A stretch of DNA of 64,000 nucleotides, from the NCBI GenBank assembly GCA_035550055.1, contig DASZRO010000120.1, positions 2,890 through 66,889 on the forward strand. Reading direction: 5' to 3'. The DNA comes from Mycobacteriales bacterium. Its GTDB lineage: Bacteria > Actinomycetota > Actinomycetes > JAFAQI01. This document shows, piece by piece, positions 46,650 to 56,898 of this stretch (the first letter of the stretch is position 1; every line of letters begins with the position of its first letter). The notes below the pieces were generated by a model. The model saw only the letters and a program-made list of their open reading frames with translations, searched no databases and was not told the origin of the DNA. The position numbers were made by a program, and so were the translations under genes.

Positions 46650-48446
46650 ATGAGCAACCCGCCTCGTAACCTGCTCGACGCGTTCCTCGCAACGACGGCC
46701 CGCCAGCCCGAGGCCGTGGCGGTTCGCGAGCTGCACGGCGAGCAGATGACCTGGTCGGAGTACGCCGACCGGGTCGCGCACTTTGCGGGAGGGCTGACCG
46801 CGCTCGGCGTCGAGCCGGGCGACCGCGTCGTGCTGATGTTGCACAACCGGCTCGAGTTCCACGTGGCCGACGTCGCCGTCGTCGCCGCGGGGGCGACTCC
46901 CATCTCGATCTACAACTCCTCCTCGCCCGAGCAGATCGGCTACCTCGTCAACCACTCGAAGGCGCGGGTCGCGTTGGTGGAGAGCGGGGACTTCGCCGAC
47001 CGGGTGCTCGCCGCTGCCGGCGAGTGTCCTGCCCTGAAGTCGGTCGTCGTGCTCGGCGACGCACCGAGCGGGACCATCGACTGGTCGCAGATCGCAGCAG
47101 GCGACCCGATCGACCTGCCGGCTGCCGCCGAGCGGATCGATCCGGCTTCGCTACTCACCGTGATCTACACCTCGGGTACGACGGGTCCGCCGAAAGGCGT
47201 GATGCTCAGCCACACCAACGTCATCGCCGCAGGAAGCGTGCTGCGCCACTTCACCGGGCGCGACACCGACGACGGGCGTCGGCTGATCTCCTACCTGCCG
47301 ATGGCGCACATCGCCGAGCGCATGGTGTCGCACTACACCCATCTCCTTCGCGGCGGTGAGGTCGTGCCGATGGCCGACCTCAACCAGCTGCCGGCCTACC
47401 TCGTCGCGGTGCACCCCGGATCGCTGTTCGGCCCGCCGCGGGTGTGGGAGAAGCTCGTCGCCGGCATCAAGGCGCAGGTGGCCGCTCGCGACGCGCAGAC
47501 GCAGGCGAGCTTCGCCGACGCGTTGCGGATCGGCCGCGAGGTGCAGCAGCTGCGAGCCCGCGGCGAGGCGCTGCCCGCCGAGCTCGCCGAGACCTGGGAG
47601 TTCGTGGACGCGATGGCGTTCGCGCCGATTCGCGAGGCGGTGGGCCTCGACCAGGTCGAGTTCGTCTTCTCGGGCGCGGCGCCGGTACCGGTGGAGGTGA
47701 TCGACTTCCTGCGCGACATCGGGCTGCCGATGAGCGAGGTCTACGGCATGAGCGAGAACTGCGGCGGCATGACCTGGGACCCGTTTCTGGTCAAGCCGGG
47801 AACTGTTGGCCGGGCGTACCCGGGGATCGAAGTGGTGACCGCCGACGACGGCGAGGTGCTCTGTCGCGGCCCGATCGTCTTCAGCGGCTACCTGGACGAC
47901 CCCGAACGCACGGCGGAGGCGCTCGACGACGACGGGTGGCTGCACACCGGGGACATCGGCGAGTTCGACGAGGACGGGTATCTCAAGATTGTCGATCGCA
48001 AGAAGGAGCTGATCATCACGGCGGGCGGCAAGAACGTCTCGCCGGCCAACGTGGAGGCCGTCCTGAAGACGGTCCCGCTGGTCGGGCAGGCGATGGCGGT
48101 CGGCGACGCTGCGCCATATCTCGTCGCGCTGCTCACGTTGGACCCGGATGCCGTCGCGGCGCGGTTCCCGGGGCGCTCGCTTGCGGACCTGGCCACGGAC
48201 CCTGAGGTGCTTCAAGAGATCGCCGACGGGGTCGCGGTGGCAAACGAACGGCTGTCCCGGGTCGAGCGGCCTCGGCGGGTCGCCGTACTCGCCGAGGAAT
48301 GGCTGCCCGACTCGGACGTGCTGACGCCGACCATGAAGCTCAAACGACGCGGTGTGATGAACCGCTACCGGTCACTCGTCGAGGAGCTGTACGCCGGTGG
48401 CGGCGTCGAGATCAGCGCGGCCCCCGAGGTCGCGACCGCCACGTAG
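46650..48446 (+). CDS. AMP-dependent synthetase/ligase (long-chain fatty-acid--CoA ligase, FadD-like)
   Basis: 598 aa with the AMP-binding motif IYTSGTTGPPKGV and ...GWLHTGDIGEFDEDGYLKIVDRKK. Confidence 0.9.
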   Translation: MSNPPRNLLDAFLATTARQPEAVAVRELHGEQMTWSEYADRVAHFAGGLTALGVEPGDRVVLMLHNRLEFHVADVAVVAAGATPISIYNSSSPEQIGYLVNHSKARVALVESGDFADRVLAAAGECPALKSVVVLGDAPSGTIDWSQIAAGDPIDLPAAAERIDPASLLTVIYTSGTTGPPKGVMLSHTNVIAAGSVLRHFTGRDTDDGRRLISYLPMAHIAERMVSHYTHLLRGGEVVPMADLNQLPAYLVAVHPGSLFGPPRVWEKLVAGIKAQVAARDAQTQASFADALRIGREVQQLRARGEALPAELAETWEFVDAMAFAPIREAVGLDQVEFVFSGAAPVPVEVIDFLRDIGLPMSEVYGMSENCGGMTWDPFLVKPGTVGRAYPGIEVVTADDGEVLCRGPIVFSGYLDDPERTAEALDDDGWLHTGDIGEFDEDGYLKIVDRKKELIITAGGKNVSPANVEAVLKTVPLVGQAMAVGDAAPYLVALLTLDPDAVAARFPGRSLADLATDPEVLQEIADGVAVANERLSRVERPRRVAVLAEEWLPDSDVLTPTMKLKRRGVMNRYRSLVEELYAGGGVEISAAPEVATAT

Positions 48447-48458
48447 CCTGGCTCTGCG

Positions 48459-49946
48459 ATGTTCGACACCCTCTCCGACCGGCTCGAGTCGGTCTTCACC
48501 TCCCTGCGGGGCAAAGGTCGGCTCTCCGAGGCCGACATCGACGAGACCGCGCGCGAGATCCGGATCGCGTTGCTCGAAGCCGACGTGGCGCTGCCCGTCG
48601 TCAAGGAGTTCATCGCAGCCGTCAAAGAACGGTCGCGCGGCGCGGCGGTCAGCCAGGCGCTCAACCCGGCGCAGCAGGTCATCAAGATCGTCAACGAGGA
48701 GCTCGTCGCGATCCTCGGTGGCGAGACCCGGACGCTGAACCTGGCCAAGACCCCGCCGACCGTGCTGATGCTTGCCGGTCTGCAGGGCGCCGGCAAGACG
48801 ACCCTCGCCGGCAAGCTGGGCCGCTGGCTCAAGCAGCAGCGCCACGCGCCGTTGCTGGTCGCCGCGGACCTTCAGCGCCCGAACGCCGTCGACCAGCTCA
48901 AGGTCGTCGGCACCCAGGCCGGCGTCGATGTCTTCGCGCCGGAACCGGGCAACGGCATCGGTGATCCGGTCGCGGTCGCGACGGCCGCCGTCGAGCACGC
49001 CCGCCGCATGGGCCACGACATCGTCGTCGTCGACACCGCCGGGCGGCTGGGCATCGACGTCGAGATGATGGCGCAGGCCGCGGCAATCCGCGACGCGGTG
49101 CAGCCGGACGAGACGCTGTTCGTCGTCGACGCGATGATCGGCCAGGACGCGGTGACGACGGCCGAGGCGTTCCGAGACGGCGTCGGGTTCACCGGCGTCG
49201 TGCTCACCAAGCTCGACGGGGACGCCCGGGGCGGCGCGGCGCTGTCGGTCGCCAACGTCACCGGTCGCCCGATCATGTTCGCCTCGACCGGCGAGAAGCT
49301 CGACGACTTCGACGTCTTCCATCCCGAGCGGATGGCCTCGCGCATCCTGGGCATGGGCGACGTGCTCACCCTCATCGAGCAGGCCGAGCGCACGTTCGAG
49401 GCCGACGAGGCCGAGCGCATGGCCGAGAAGATGCTCGGCGGGGGCGAGCTGACCCTCGAGGACTTCCTCGAGCAGATGCAGATGGTGCGGCGGATGGGTC
49501 CCATCGGCAACCTGCTCGGCATGCTGCCCGGGATGGGGCAGATGAAAGAGGCGATCTCCCAGATCGACGACCGCGACCTCGACCGCATCACGGCGATCAT
49601 CCGCTCGATGACCCCGGCGGAGCGTCAGGACCCGAAGATCCTCAACGGCTCGCGCCGGCTGCGGATCGCCCGCGGCTCCGGCACCACCGTCACGGAGGTC
49701 AACCGGCTTGTCGAGCGGTTCTTCGAGGCCCGCAAGATGATGAAGCAGATGGCCGGAGGCCTGCCCGGCATGCGGCGGCCGTCCAACCGGAAGAGCGCGA
49801 AGGGCAAGAAGGGCAACTCGAAGCGTGGGCGTACGTCGGTGCGCGGTGGTGGACTCCCGCCGAACCTGGCCCTGCCGCCCGGGCTGAAGCTCCCGCCGGG
49901 CCTGTCCCCGGACCTGTCGAACCTGAAGCTGCCCAACTCCGAGTGA
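48459..49946 (+). CDS. ffh: Signal recognition particle protein Ffh
   Basis: It has an NG domain ([24 protein letters not shown]), an M domain and a basic tail. Confidence 0.95.
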   Translation: MFDTLSDRLESVFTSLRGKGRLSEADIDETAREIRIALLEADVALPVVKEFIAAVKERSRGAAVSQALNPAQQVIKIVNEELVAILGGETRTLNLAKTPPTVLMLAGLQGAGKTTLAGKLGRWLKQQRHAPLLVAADLQRPNAVDQLKVVGTQAGVDVFAPEPGNGIGDPVAVATAAVEHARRMGHDIVVVDTAGRLGIDVEMMAQAAAIRDAVQPDETLFVVDAMIGQDAVTTAEAFRDGVGFTGVVLTKLDGDARGGAALSVANVTGRPIMFASTGEKLDDFDVFHPERMASRILGMGDVLTLIEQAERTFEADEAERMAEKMLGGGELTLEDFLEQMQMVRRMGPIGNLLGMLPGMGQMKEAISQIDDRDLDRITAIIRSMTPAERQDPKILNGSRRLRIARGSGTTVTEVNRLVERFFEARKMMKQMAGGLPGMRRPSNRKSAKGKKGNSKRGRTSVRGGGLPPNLALPPGLKLPPGLSPDLSNLKLPNSE

Positions 49947-49978
49947 ACTGGCCGGGCTTCCAGGCCGATATCCCTGCC

Positions 49979-50401
49979 ATGGACCGGTGCAGCAGCTGCG
50001 GCGCGACGCTCGCGCCTGCCGCGACCTGGTGCACCCAGTGCTACGCGGTGCGGGGGCACGTCAACGCCCCGGCGGCGGCAAGCGTGGTGCCAGGGGCGGT
50101 GGCACCGGCGTACGGCGGGGACCAGAGCGGCTACTCGATCATGTCCGGCGAGCGCCGGCAGGCGGCGTCGCGGCCGATGATGCCGATGGTCAAGACGCGC
50201 TGGCGCAAGACCCCGACGACGTTCGGCCCGGTCGGCCGGGTCGCCTGGACCGTCTTTCTCGTCGTGATGCTCGCCCCGATGATCGTCGGCACCGCGGTCG
50301 GCATCATTCCGTGCGTCGTCGGGCTCGGGATCTGGATCTTCATCATCATGCCGTGGGCGCTGCGCGACATCTGGAAGGCAGGTCAGCTCCCGGCCGGGTA
50401 G
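49979..50401 (+). CDS. Small zinc-ribbon (CxxC...CxxC) protein with two C-terminal TM helices
   Basis: [22 protein letters not shown]... then hydrophobic [40 protein letters not shown]. An alternative GTG start at 49943 overlaps the ffh stop. Confidence 0.55.
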   Translation: MDRCSSCGATLAPAATWCTQCYAVRGHVNAPAAASVVPGAVAPAYGGDQSGYSIMSGERRQAASRPMMPMVKTRWRKTPTTFGPVGRVAWTVFLVVMLAPMIVGTAVGIIPCVVGLGIWIFIIMPWALRDIWKAGQLPAG

Positions 50402-50490
50402 ACTCCACCGGCGCGGCGCGTGTGACGTGCCCGAGACCTCGGCTTGGCGTCCAAGTCGCTGAATCGCAAGCTTTTGGAGAGCATCACCCC

Positions 50491-51090
50491 GTGGCAACCA
50501 AGATCAGGCTCATGCGGCTCGGCAAGATCCGTGCGCCGTACTACCGCATCGTCGTCGCCGACTCGCGTACCAAGCGCGATGGACGCGTCATCGAGACGAT
50601 CGGCAAGTACCACCCGAAGGCCGACCCCTCCTTCATCGAGGTTGACTCCGACCGCGCCCGCTACTGGCTGTCCGTCGGCGCCCAGCCGACCGAGCCGGTA
50701 GCAGCCATCCTCAAGCTCACCGGCGACTGGCAGGCACACAAGGGTCTGCCGGCTCCGACCGAGGGCGTCCGCACCGCCTCGCCGAAGGCCGACCGCAAGG
50801 CGGCCTTCGAGGCAGCCGCGAAGGAGACCCACGACGAGGCGCCGGCCAAGAAGGCGCCAGCCAAGAAGGCGGCCGCCAAGAAGGCCGAGGCTGAGCCGGA
50901 CGCGCCCGTCGAGGCGCCGGCGGCGCAGGCCGCGGCCGACGAGACGCCTGCCGACCACGCCACTGAGCCGGAGACGCCTGCGGCTGAGGCCGAGACGCCT
51001 GCGGCCGAGCCCGAGGCGCCTGCGGCTGAGGCCGAGACGCCTGCGGCTGAGCCCGAGGCGCCGGCCGACGAAGCGCCGGCTGCGGAGTAA
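50491..51090 (+). CDS. rpsP: 30S ribosomal protein S16 with a long Ala/Glu/Pro-rich repetitive C-terminal extension
   Basis: N-terminus [33 protein letters not shown]-terminal repeats [14 protein letters not shown]. Confidence 0.93.
   Translation: MATKIRLMRLGKIRAPYYRIVVADSRTKRDGRVIETIGKYHPKADPSFIEVDSDRARYWLSVGAQPTEPVAAILKLTGDWQAHKGLPAPTEGVRTASPKADRKAAFEAAAKETHDEAPAKKAPAKKAAAKKAEAEPDAPVEAPAAQAAADETPADHATEPETPAAEAETPAAEPEAPAAEAETPAAEPEAPADEAPAAE
50941..51075 (+). repeat. About six tandem copies of a 21-bp repeat (gagacgcctgcggctgaggcc) encoding heptads (E[TA]PAAE[AP]) in the rpsP 3' end
   Basis: Read directly at 50971-51075, with a degenerate copy at 50941-50970. Confidence 0.7.
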
Positions 51091-51314
51091 TGCTCACCGA
51101 GGCGCTCGACCACCTGGTCCGCGGGATCGTCGACCACCCGGACGACGTCCACGTCGACCTTCGCGAGCGCAGGGGCGGCAGCGTGCTGGAGGTCCGGGTG
51201 CATCCGGACGATCTCGGCAAGGTGATCGGCCGGGCCGGGCGCACCGCGAAGGCGTTGCGCGCGGTCATGAGCGCCCTCGGCGGCAAGGGCGTACGCGTCG
51301 ACCTCGTCGACTAG
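51090..51314 (+). CDS. KH-domain RNA-binding protein (between rpsP and rimM)
   Basis: 74 aa with GKVIGRAGRTAKALRAV. The ATG overlaps the rpsP stop. Confidence 0.85.
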   Translation: MLTEALDHLVRGIVDHPDDVHVDLRERRGGSVLEVRVHPDDLGKVIGRAGRTAKALRAVMSALGGKGVRVDLVD

Positions 51315-51334
51315 GCGACGGGTTCCCCGCGCGG

Positions 51335-51844
51335 ATGCAGCTCGTCGTCGGCCGGATCGTCAAGGCTCACGGCATCGCCGGCGAGGTGGCGGTCGAGGTT
51401 CGCACGGACGACCCTGAGCATCGTTTCGCGCCCGGTTCGTCGCTCGACACCGACCCGAGCGAGCGCGGCCCGCTGGTCGTGGTGCGCTCGCGATGGCATT
51501 CCGGCCGGCTGCTCGTGACGTTGCGAGACGTGACCGACCGCAACCTCGCCGAAGCGCTTCGCGGCACCGTGCTCGTCGCGGACTCGCAGAGCAGTCTCGC
51601 CGTCGACGACGCCGACGACTACTGGGACCACGACCTGGTCGGTCTTCGTGCCCATACCGTTGCCGGCCTCGAGCTCGGCGACGTCTGCGACGTGCTCCAC
51701 CCGCCCGGCCCGCCGGTCCTGGTGATCGCACGGCCGGAGGCAGGCGAGGTCCTGGTGCCGTTCGTCCGGGAGCTCGTCCCCACGGTGGACCTGGTGGCCC
51801 GGCGGGTGCTGATCGACCCGCCAGAAGGCCTGCTCGACCTCTGA
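51335..51844 (+). CDS. rimM: Ribosome maturation factor RimM
   Basis: [18 protein letters not shown]... and the PRC barrel. Confidence 0.9.
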   Translation: MQLVVGRIVKAHGIAGEVAVEVRTDDPEHRFAPGSSLDTDPSERGPLVVVRSRWHSGRLLVTLRDVTDRNLAEALRGTVLVADSQSSLAVDDADDYWDHDLVGLRAHTVAGLELGDVCDVLHPPGPPVLVIARPEAGEVLVPFVRELVPTVDLVARRVLIDPPEGLLDL

Positions 51845-52554
51845 TGCGCATCGACCTCGTCACGATCTTCCCGGACTACTTCGCCGCGCTGTCGGTGTCG
51901 CTGCTCGGCAAGGCGCACGAACGGGGCGATGTCGACCTGCGCGTCCACGACCTGCGTGAGCACACCGACGACGTCCACCGCACGGTCGACGACACCCCGT
52001 ACGGCGGCGGCCCGGGCATGCTGATGCGCCCCGAACCGTGGGGACGCACGCTCGACGCCTTGCTCGCAGACGCCTTGCCTGCCGACGCCTCGCCGCCGGC
52101 CCGACCGCTGCTGGTCCTGCCGAACCCGGCCGGCGAGGTCTTCACGCAGCACATGGCGCAGGAATGGACCCAGCGGCCCTGGCTGATCATCGGCTGCGGC
52201 CGCTACGAGGGGATCGACGCGCGGGTCGCGATCGACGCCGCGAGCCGGATGGACGTCGCCGAGGTCTCGATCGGCGACTACGTGCTCGCCGGCGGCGAAG
52301 CCGCCGCGCTGGTGATGGTCGAGGCGGTGGTCCGGCTGCTTCCCGGCTTCATGGGCAACCCGGCGTCGGCGCTCGACGACTCCTTCGCCGGTGACCGCAC
52401 GCTCGAGGCGCCGTCGTACACCCGGCCCGCGGTCTGGCGCGGTCTGGAAGTGCCGGAGGTGCTGAGGTCGGGCGACCACGCCGCCATCGCGCGGTGGCGT
52501 GAGGAGCAGTCGCGCGAGCTCACCGAGCGCCGCCGCCCCGACCTGCTGAACTAG
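51844..52554 (+). CDS. trmD: tRNA (guanine37-N1)-methyltransferase
   Basis: [13 protein letters not shown]... and the SPOUT fold. The ATG overlaps the rimM stop. Confidence 0.94.
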   Translation: MRIDLVTIFPDYFAALSVSLLGKAHERGDVDLRVHDLREHTDDVHRTVDDTPYGGGPGMLMRPEPWGRTLDALLADALPADASPPARPLLVLPNPAGEVFTQHMAQEWTQRPWLIIGCGRYEGIDARVAIDAASRMDVAEVSIGDYVLAGGEAAALVMVEAVVRLLPGFMGNPASALDDSFAGDRTLEAPSYTRPAVWRGLEVPEVLRSGDHAAIARWREEQSRELTERRRPDLLN

Positions 52555-52668
52555 CTGCACTCCTGGCCGAGGATTACCCCCTCGGAGGGTCGCTGTGGCA
52601 AAGTGGATGGACCGCCTGACCCGACCGCGCCGTTTTGCGCGTGTCTTTCGAACGAGGAATCGACCACC

Positions 52669-53028
52669 ATGCAGACGCTCGACGCGATCGACGCCGCTTC
52701 GCTGCGCAGCGACATCCCGGCCTTCCGCCCCGGCGACACCGTCAAGGTCCACGTCCGGGTCGTCGAGGGCAACCGGACGCGCGTCCAGGTGTTCCAGGGT
52801 GTCGTCATCCGCCGCCACGGCGGTGGCGTGCGGGAGACCTTCACGGTGCGGAAGGTGAGCTTCGGCGTGGGCGTCGAGCGGACCTTCCCGGTCCACTCTC
52901 CGATCGTCGATCACCTCGAGGTCGTCACCCGCGGTGACGTCCGCCGCGCGAAGCTGTACTACCTGCGTGACCTCCGCGGGAAGAAGGCCAAGATCAAGGA
53001 GCGTCGCGACGCCATTTCGGCGAGCTGA
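52669..53028 (+). CDS. rplS: 50S ribosomal protein L19
   Basis: [37 protein letters not shown]. Confidence 0.94.
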   Translation: MQTLDAIDAASLRSDIPAFRPGDTVKVHVRVVEGNRTRVQVFQGVVIRRHGGGVRETFTVRKVSFGVGVERTFPVHSPIVDHLEVVTRGDVRRAKLYYLRDLRGKKAKIKERRDAISAS

Positions 53029-53039
53029 CCGCCGGCCTC

Positions 53040-53903
53040 GTGACCGAGCCCGACAACCCCGAAACGCATCCCGAGCCCGCCACCGACGAGGGCTCCGACC
53101 GGCCCGGCTCGGAACACGGCTCGTTCTGGCGTGAGCTGCCGTTCCTCGTACTGATCGCGCTGGTTCTCGCGCTGCTGATCAAGACCTTCCTGGTTCAGGC
53201 GTTCTACATCCCGTCGGCGTCGATGGAGAACACGCTGCAAGGTGGCGGTGACTTCGCCAACTCGGCGGCGACCGGCAAGCACCCCTACGACCGGGTGCTG
53301 GTCAACAAGCTCGTCTACGACTTCCGGTCTCCGCGTCGTGGCGAGATCGTGGTGTTCAAGAAGCCGCCCGGCTGGCCGAACGAGTCGAACTTCACGACCC
53401 CTAGCAACCCGGTGCTGCACTTCTTCCACGACATCGGCTCGGCGATCGGCATCGCGCCCTCCGGGGGCAGCGACTTCATCAAGCGGGTCATCGGCGTCGG
53501 GGGCGACACGATCTCCTGTGAGAACGACGTGCTCTCGGTCAACGGTCACGTGTTGCACGAGCCCTACCTCTACCCCGGCTCGCACCCGTGCTCAGCCGGC
53601 AACTTCGACAACCGGACGAAGGTCGTGCCCAAGGGCGAGCTGTTCGTCATGGGCGATCACCGTGACGACTCCGACGACTCCCGAGTCAACGGGTTCGTGC
53701 CGGACAAGGACGTCATCGGCCGTGCGTTTGTCGTGATCTGGCCGATCTCGGACTGGAAGACCCTGCCGATCCCGTCGACGTTCAAGCAGGCCGGTCTCGC
53801 GGCGGCCGGCTCCCCGGCCGCGCCGCTCGTCGGCGCCGCCGCGATCGTGGCGCCGGTCGGCCTGTGGCGCAAGCGACGCCGACGCCGGCGCGACGCCCGA
53901 TAG
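53040..53903 (+). CDS. lepB: Signal peptidase I (LepB type, S26A)
   Basis: It has the SPase boxes IPSASMENTL (Ser), KRVIGVGGD (Lys) and GDHRDDSDDSR. Confidence 0.9.
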   Translation: MTEPDNPETHPEPATDEGSDRPGSEHGSFWRELPFLVLIALVLALLIKTFLVQAFYIPSASMENTLQGGGDFANSAATGKHPYDRVLVNKLVYDFRSPRRGEIVVFKKPPGWPNESNFTTPSNPVLHFFHDIGSAIGIAPSGGSDFIKRVIGVGGDTISCENDVLSVNGHVLHEPYLYPGSHPCSAGNFDNRTKVVPKGELFVMGDHRDDSDDSRVNGFVPDKDVIGRAFVVIWPISDWKTLPIPSTFKQAGLAAAGSPAAPLVGAAAIVAPVGLWRKRRRRRRDAR

Positions 53904-53924
53904 GCCCGCGTACTCTCACGCTTG

Positions 53925-54596
53925 ATGGGCGTGGCAGGGCAGACCGTACGGCGAGACGCCGGGATCTACGGGTACGAGCGGGCGCTGGCCCGGCGCGGCC
54001 TGACCCCGGTCGCCGGCGCGGACGAGGCGGGCCGCGGGGCGTGCGCCGGCCCGCTGGTCGTCGCCGCCGCGGTGCTCAAGCCGGGCAAGTCGGGTGAGAT
54101 CCCGGGTCTTGCCGACTCCAAGCTGCTGACCCCGCTCGCCCGCGAGCGCGTCTACGCGCAGGTCGTCCGTCGCGCGGCGGCGTACTCGATCGTCGTGATT
54201 CCGGCGGCCGAGGTCGACCGAATCGGCCTGCACGTCTGCAACGTGATGGGGATGCGCCGGGCGCTGGCAGCCCTGTCCGTGCGGCCCGGGTACGTGCTCA
54301 CCGACGGCTTCCCGGTACCCGGGCTCGACGTACCCGGACTCGCGGTCTGGAAAGGCGACCGGGTCGCCGCCTGCATCGCCGCCGCCTCGGTCCTGGCCAA
54401 GGTCACCCGCGACCGCATGATGACGGCGCTGCACGAGCAGTGGCCGCACTACGAGTTCGCCAGCCACAAGGGGTACGTCACGCCGGAGCATCAGCAGGCG
54501 CTCGCGATGCACGGGCCGTGCCCCGAGCATCGCCGGTCCTACGTCAACGTGCGCAATGCCGAAGCCCGTGACGATCAGGAAGAATGGGTGTCGTGA
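53925..54596 (+). CDS. rnhB: Ribonuclease HII
   Basis: [20 protein letters not shown] (catalytic DE..D) and the RNase HII body. Confidence 0.9.
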   Translation: MGVAGQTVRRDAGIYGYERALARRGLTPVAGADEAGRGACAGPLVVAAAVLKPGKSGEIPGLADSKLLTPLARERVYAQVVRRAAAYSIVVIPAAEVDRIGLHVCNVMGMRRALAALSVRPGYVLTDGFPVPGLDVPGLAVWKGDRVAACIAAASVLAKVTRDRMMTALHEQWPHYEFASHKGYVTPEHQQALAMHGPCPEHRRSYVNVRNAEARDDQEEWVS

Positions 54597-54904
54597 GCGC
54601 GGAGGACCTCGAGAAGTACGAGACGGAGATGGAGCTCCAGCTCTACCGGGAGTACCGCGACGTGGTCCGGCTGTTCCGGTTCGTCGTCGAGACCGAGCGC
54701 CGCTTCTACCTCACCAACGACGTCCAGGTGATCCAGCACGACCAGTCTGGCGAGACCTATTTCGAGGCGGTCATGCAGGACGCCTGGGTCTGGGACATGT
54801 ACCGGCCCGCCCGGTTCGTTCGCAACGTCCGCGTCCTCACGTTCAAGGACGTGAACGTCGAAGAGCTGGCGCCGGCCGACCTCGAGATTCCCGAGGACCA
54901 CTAG
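54584..54904 (+). CDS. DUF2469 family protein (Rv2901c-like)
   Basis: 106 aa, [20 protein letters not shown].... Conserved position after rnhB. Confidence 0.75.
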   Translation: MGVVSAEDLEKYETEMELQLYREYRDVVRLFRFVVETERRFYLTNDVQVIQHDQSGETYFEAVMQDAWVWDMYRPARFVRNVRVLTFKDVNVEELAPADLEIPEDH

Positions 54905-54997
54905 CACTTTTCCCACAGCCCCGCGTCGTGAGGCTGATCTGCACAGGCAGTCGCGCCGCGGGCCGGCCTTGTCAGCGGGCCTGCCGAGTTTGGCCCG

Positions 54998-55351
54998 ATG
55001 CACACCAAGGACCAACTCGGCATCGACGGCGAGAACTACGCGGCTGCCTATCTCGTCGCTTCAGGCCATCACATCGTCACTCGCAACTGGCGCTGCTGCG
55101 AGGGTGAGATCGACATCCTCGCGATGGACGGGGACACCCTCGTCGTCGTCGAGGTGAAGACGAGAACCTCAACTGCCTACGGGCTGCCGCTGGAGGCGGT
55201 CACCTGGCGCAAGGCGGAGAAGCTCCGCGCGCTCGCCGCCAGATATCTCCGCGAGGCCGGCCATCACGGTCCGCTGCGCTTCGACGTGATCAGCATCGTC
55301 ATGCCGAAAGCCGGTCGGCCCGAGCTCCAGCACGTCCGGGCGGCGTTCTGA
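54998..55351 (+). CDS. yraN: YraN/UPF0102 family endonuclease-like protein
   Basis: GENYAAAYL...GEIDILAMDGDTLVVVEVKTR. Confidence 0.85.
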   Translation: MHTKDQLGIDGENYAAAYLVASGHHIVTRNWRCCEGEIDILAMDGDTLVVVEVKTRTSTAYGLPLEAVTWRKAEKLRALAARYLREAGHHGPLRFDVISIVMPKAGRPELQHVRAAF

Positions 55352-56898
55352 TGGGGCTCGGGTGCACGCGCTCGATCGTGCTCAGCGGGCTGACCGCGCA
55401 CGCCGTCACGGTGGAGGCGAACGTCCGGGAAGGGCTGCCCGGTACGGCGTGGACCGGCCTGCCGGACACCGCGGTGCGCGAGTCCGGCGAGCGAGTCAGG
55501 TCGGCGATCACGGTGAGCCGCGAGCCATGGCCCACGACGAAGATCACGATCGGCCTGCTGCCGGCGTCGCTGCGAAAGAGCGGCAGCCATTTCGACCTAG
55601 CCGTCGCGCTCGCCGTGCTGGCTGCGCAACGCGCCCTCGACCCGGCTGCCGTGCGCGACCTCGTCGTCCTCGGTGAGCTCGGGCTCGACGGCCGGGTCCA
55701 CCCGGTCAACGGCGTGCTGCCGGCGGTGATCGGCGCGGCGAGGCTGGGTCACACCCGGGTCGTCGTACCCCACGGCAACGCCCGGGAGGCGGCGTTGGTG
55801 CCCGGCATCGAGGTCTGTGCCGTGCGGTCGCTCGGCGAGCTGTGCGCCTGGCTGCGCGGTGAGCTGGTCGAGCTCGACGACAGCCTGGCGCCGGTCCCGG
55901 ACGACGCCGACGCGTGCCCCGACATGACCGACGTCGTCGGCCAGGAAGAGGCCCGTCACGCCGCGGAGATCGCCGCCGCCGGAGGGCACCATCTCCTGCT
56001 CACCGGTCCGCCGGGCGTCGGCAAGACGATGCTTGCCGAGCGGCTGCCCGGGCTGCTGCCCGACCTCGTCGGCGACGAGGCGCTCGAGGTCACCTCGATC
56101 CACTCGCTGCTCGGCCGGTTGCCTGCAGGGCGGCCGCTGTTGGTCAAGCCGCCCTTCTGCGCGCCGCACCACTCCGCGACGGTCGCGGCTCTCATCGGCG
56201 GCGGGACCGGCGTCCCGACTCCGGGCACCATCTCGCTGGCCCATCGCGGCGTGCTGTTCCTCGACGAGGCCCCGGAGTTCGAACGCCGTGCCCTCGACGC
56301 GCTTCGGCAGCCACTGGAGTCCGGAGTCGTGCGGATCCACCGTGCCGGTGGAGCGGCGACGTATCCGGCACGCTTCCAGCTCGTGCTTGCGGCCAACCCG
56401 TGCCCGTGTGCGCGCGGCGGCCGATCCACCGACGTCGCCTCGTGTCGCTGCAGCTCGAGCCAGCTACGGGCCTACCGCAACCGGCTGTCGGGCCCGCTGC
56501 TCGACCGCATCGACTTGCGCGCCCGGCTGGAGCCGGTCAGTCGTGCGGTGCTCGCCGCGGGGGCGGCGGGCGAGCCGACCGCGTCGGTCCGGGAGCGAGT
56601 GCTCGCTGCCCGCGACCGCACCGCTCGTCGCCTCGCGGGCACCCCGTGGACCACCAACGCGGAGGTGCCTGGCCCGCAGCTGCGCCGTCACTGGCCGATC
56701 CCGCCGGCAGCGCTGAGCTCGCTGTCGGCCGATCTCGATCGCGGCGAGCTCTCGACGCGGGGCGTCGATCGCGTGATGAAGGTGGCCTGGACGCTCGCCG
56801 ACCTCGCCGGCCGCGACCAGCCGACCAAGGACGACGTCGACCGGGCGTTCGCACTGCGCATCATCGGCGAGACCAGCACCCTGGCGAGGACCGCATGA
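55351..56898 (+). CDS. YifB/ComM-family Mg-chelatase-like AAA+ ATPase
   Basis: It has a Lon-like N-domain, Walker A GPPGVGKTM, Walker B VLFLDE, a C4-like CPCARGG...CRC motif and a C-terminal domain. Confidence 0.9.
   Translation: MGLGCTRSIVLSGLTAHAVTVEANVREGLPGTAWTGLPDTAVRESGERVRSAITVSREPWPTTKITIGLLPASLRKSGSHFDLAVALAVLAAQRALDPAAVRDLVVLGELGLDGRVHPVNGVLPAVIGAARLGHTRVVVPHGNAREAALVPGIEVCAVRSLGELCAWLRGELVELDDSLAPVPDDADACPDMTDVVGQEEARHAAEIAAAGGHHLLLTGPPGVGKTMLAERLPGLLPDLVGDEALEVTSIHSLLGRLPAGRPLLVKPPFCAPHHSATVAALIGGGTGVPTPGTISLAHRGVLFLDEAPEFERRALDALRQPLESGVVRIHRAGGAATYPARFQLVLAANPCPCARGGRSTDVASCRCSSSQLRAYRNRLSGPLLDRIDLRARLEPVSRAVLAAGAAGEPTASVRERVLAARDRTARRLAGTPWTTNAEVPGPQLRRHWPIPPAALSSLSADLDRGELSTRGVDRVMKVAWTLADLAGRDQPTKDDVDRAFALRIIGETSTLARTA

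Noticed and set aside
50941-51075. Possible CRISPR-like array
   Set aside because: The repeats are 21 bp and contiguous with no spacers. They are in-frame inside rpsP. No cas genes are present in the window.
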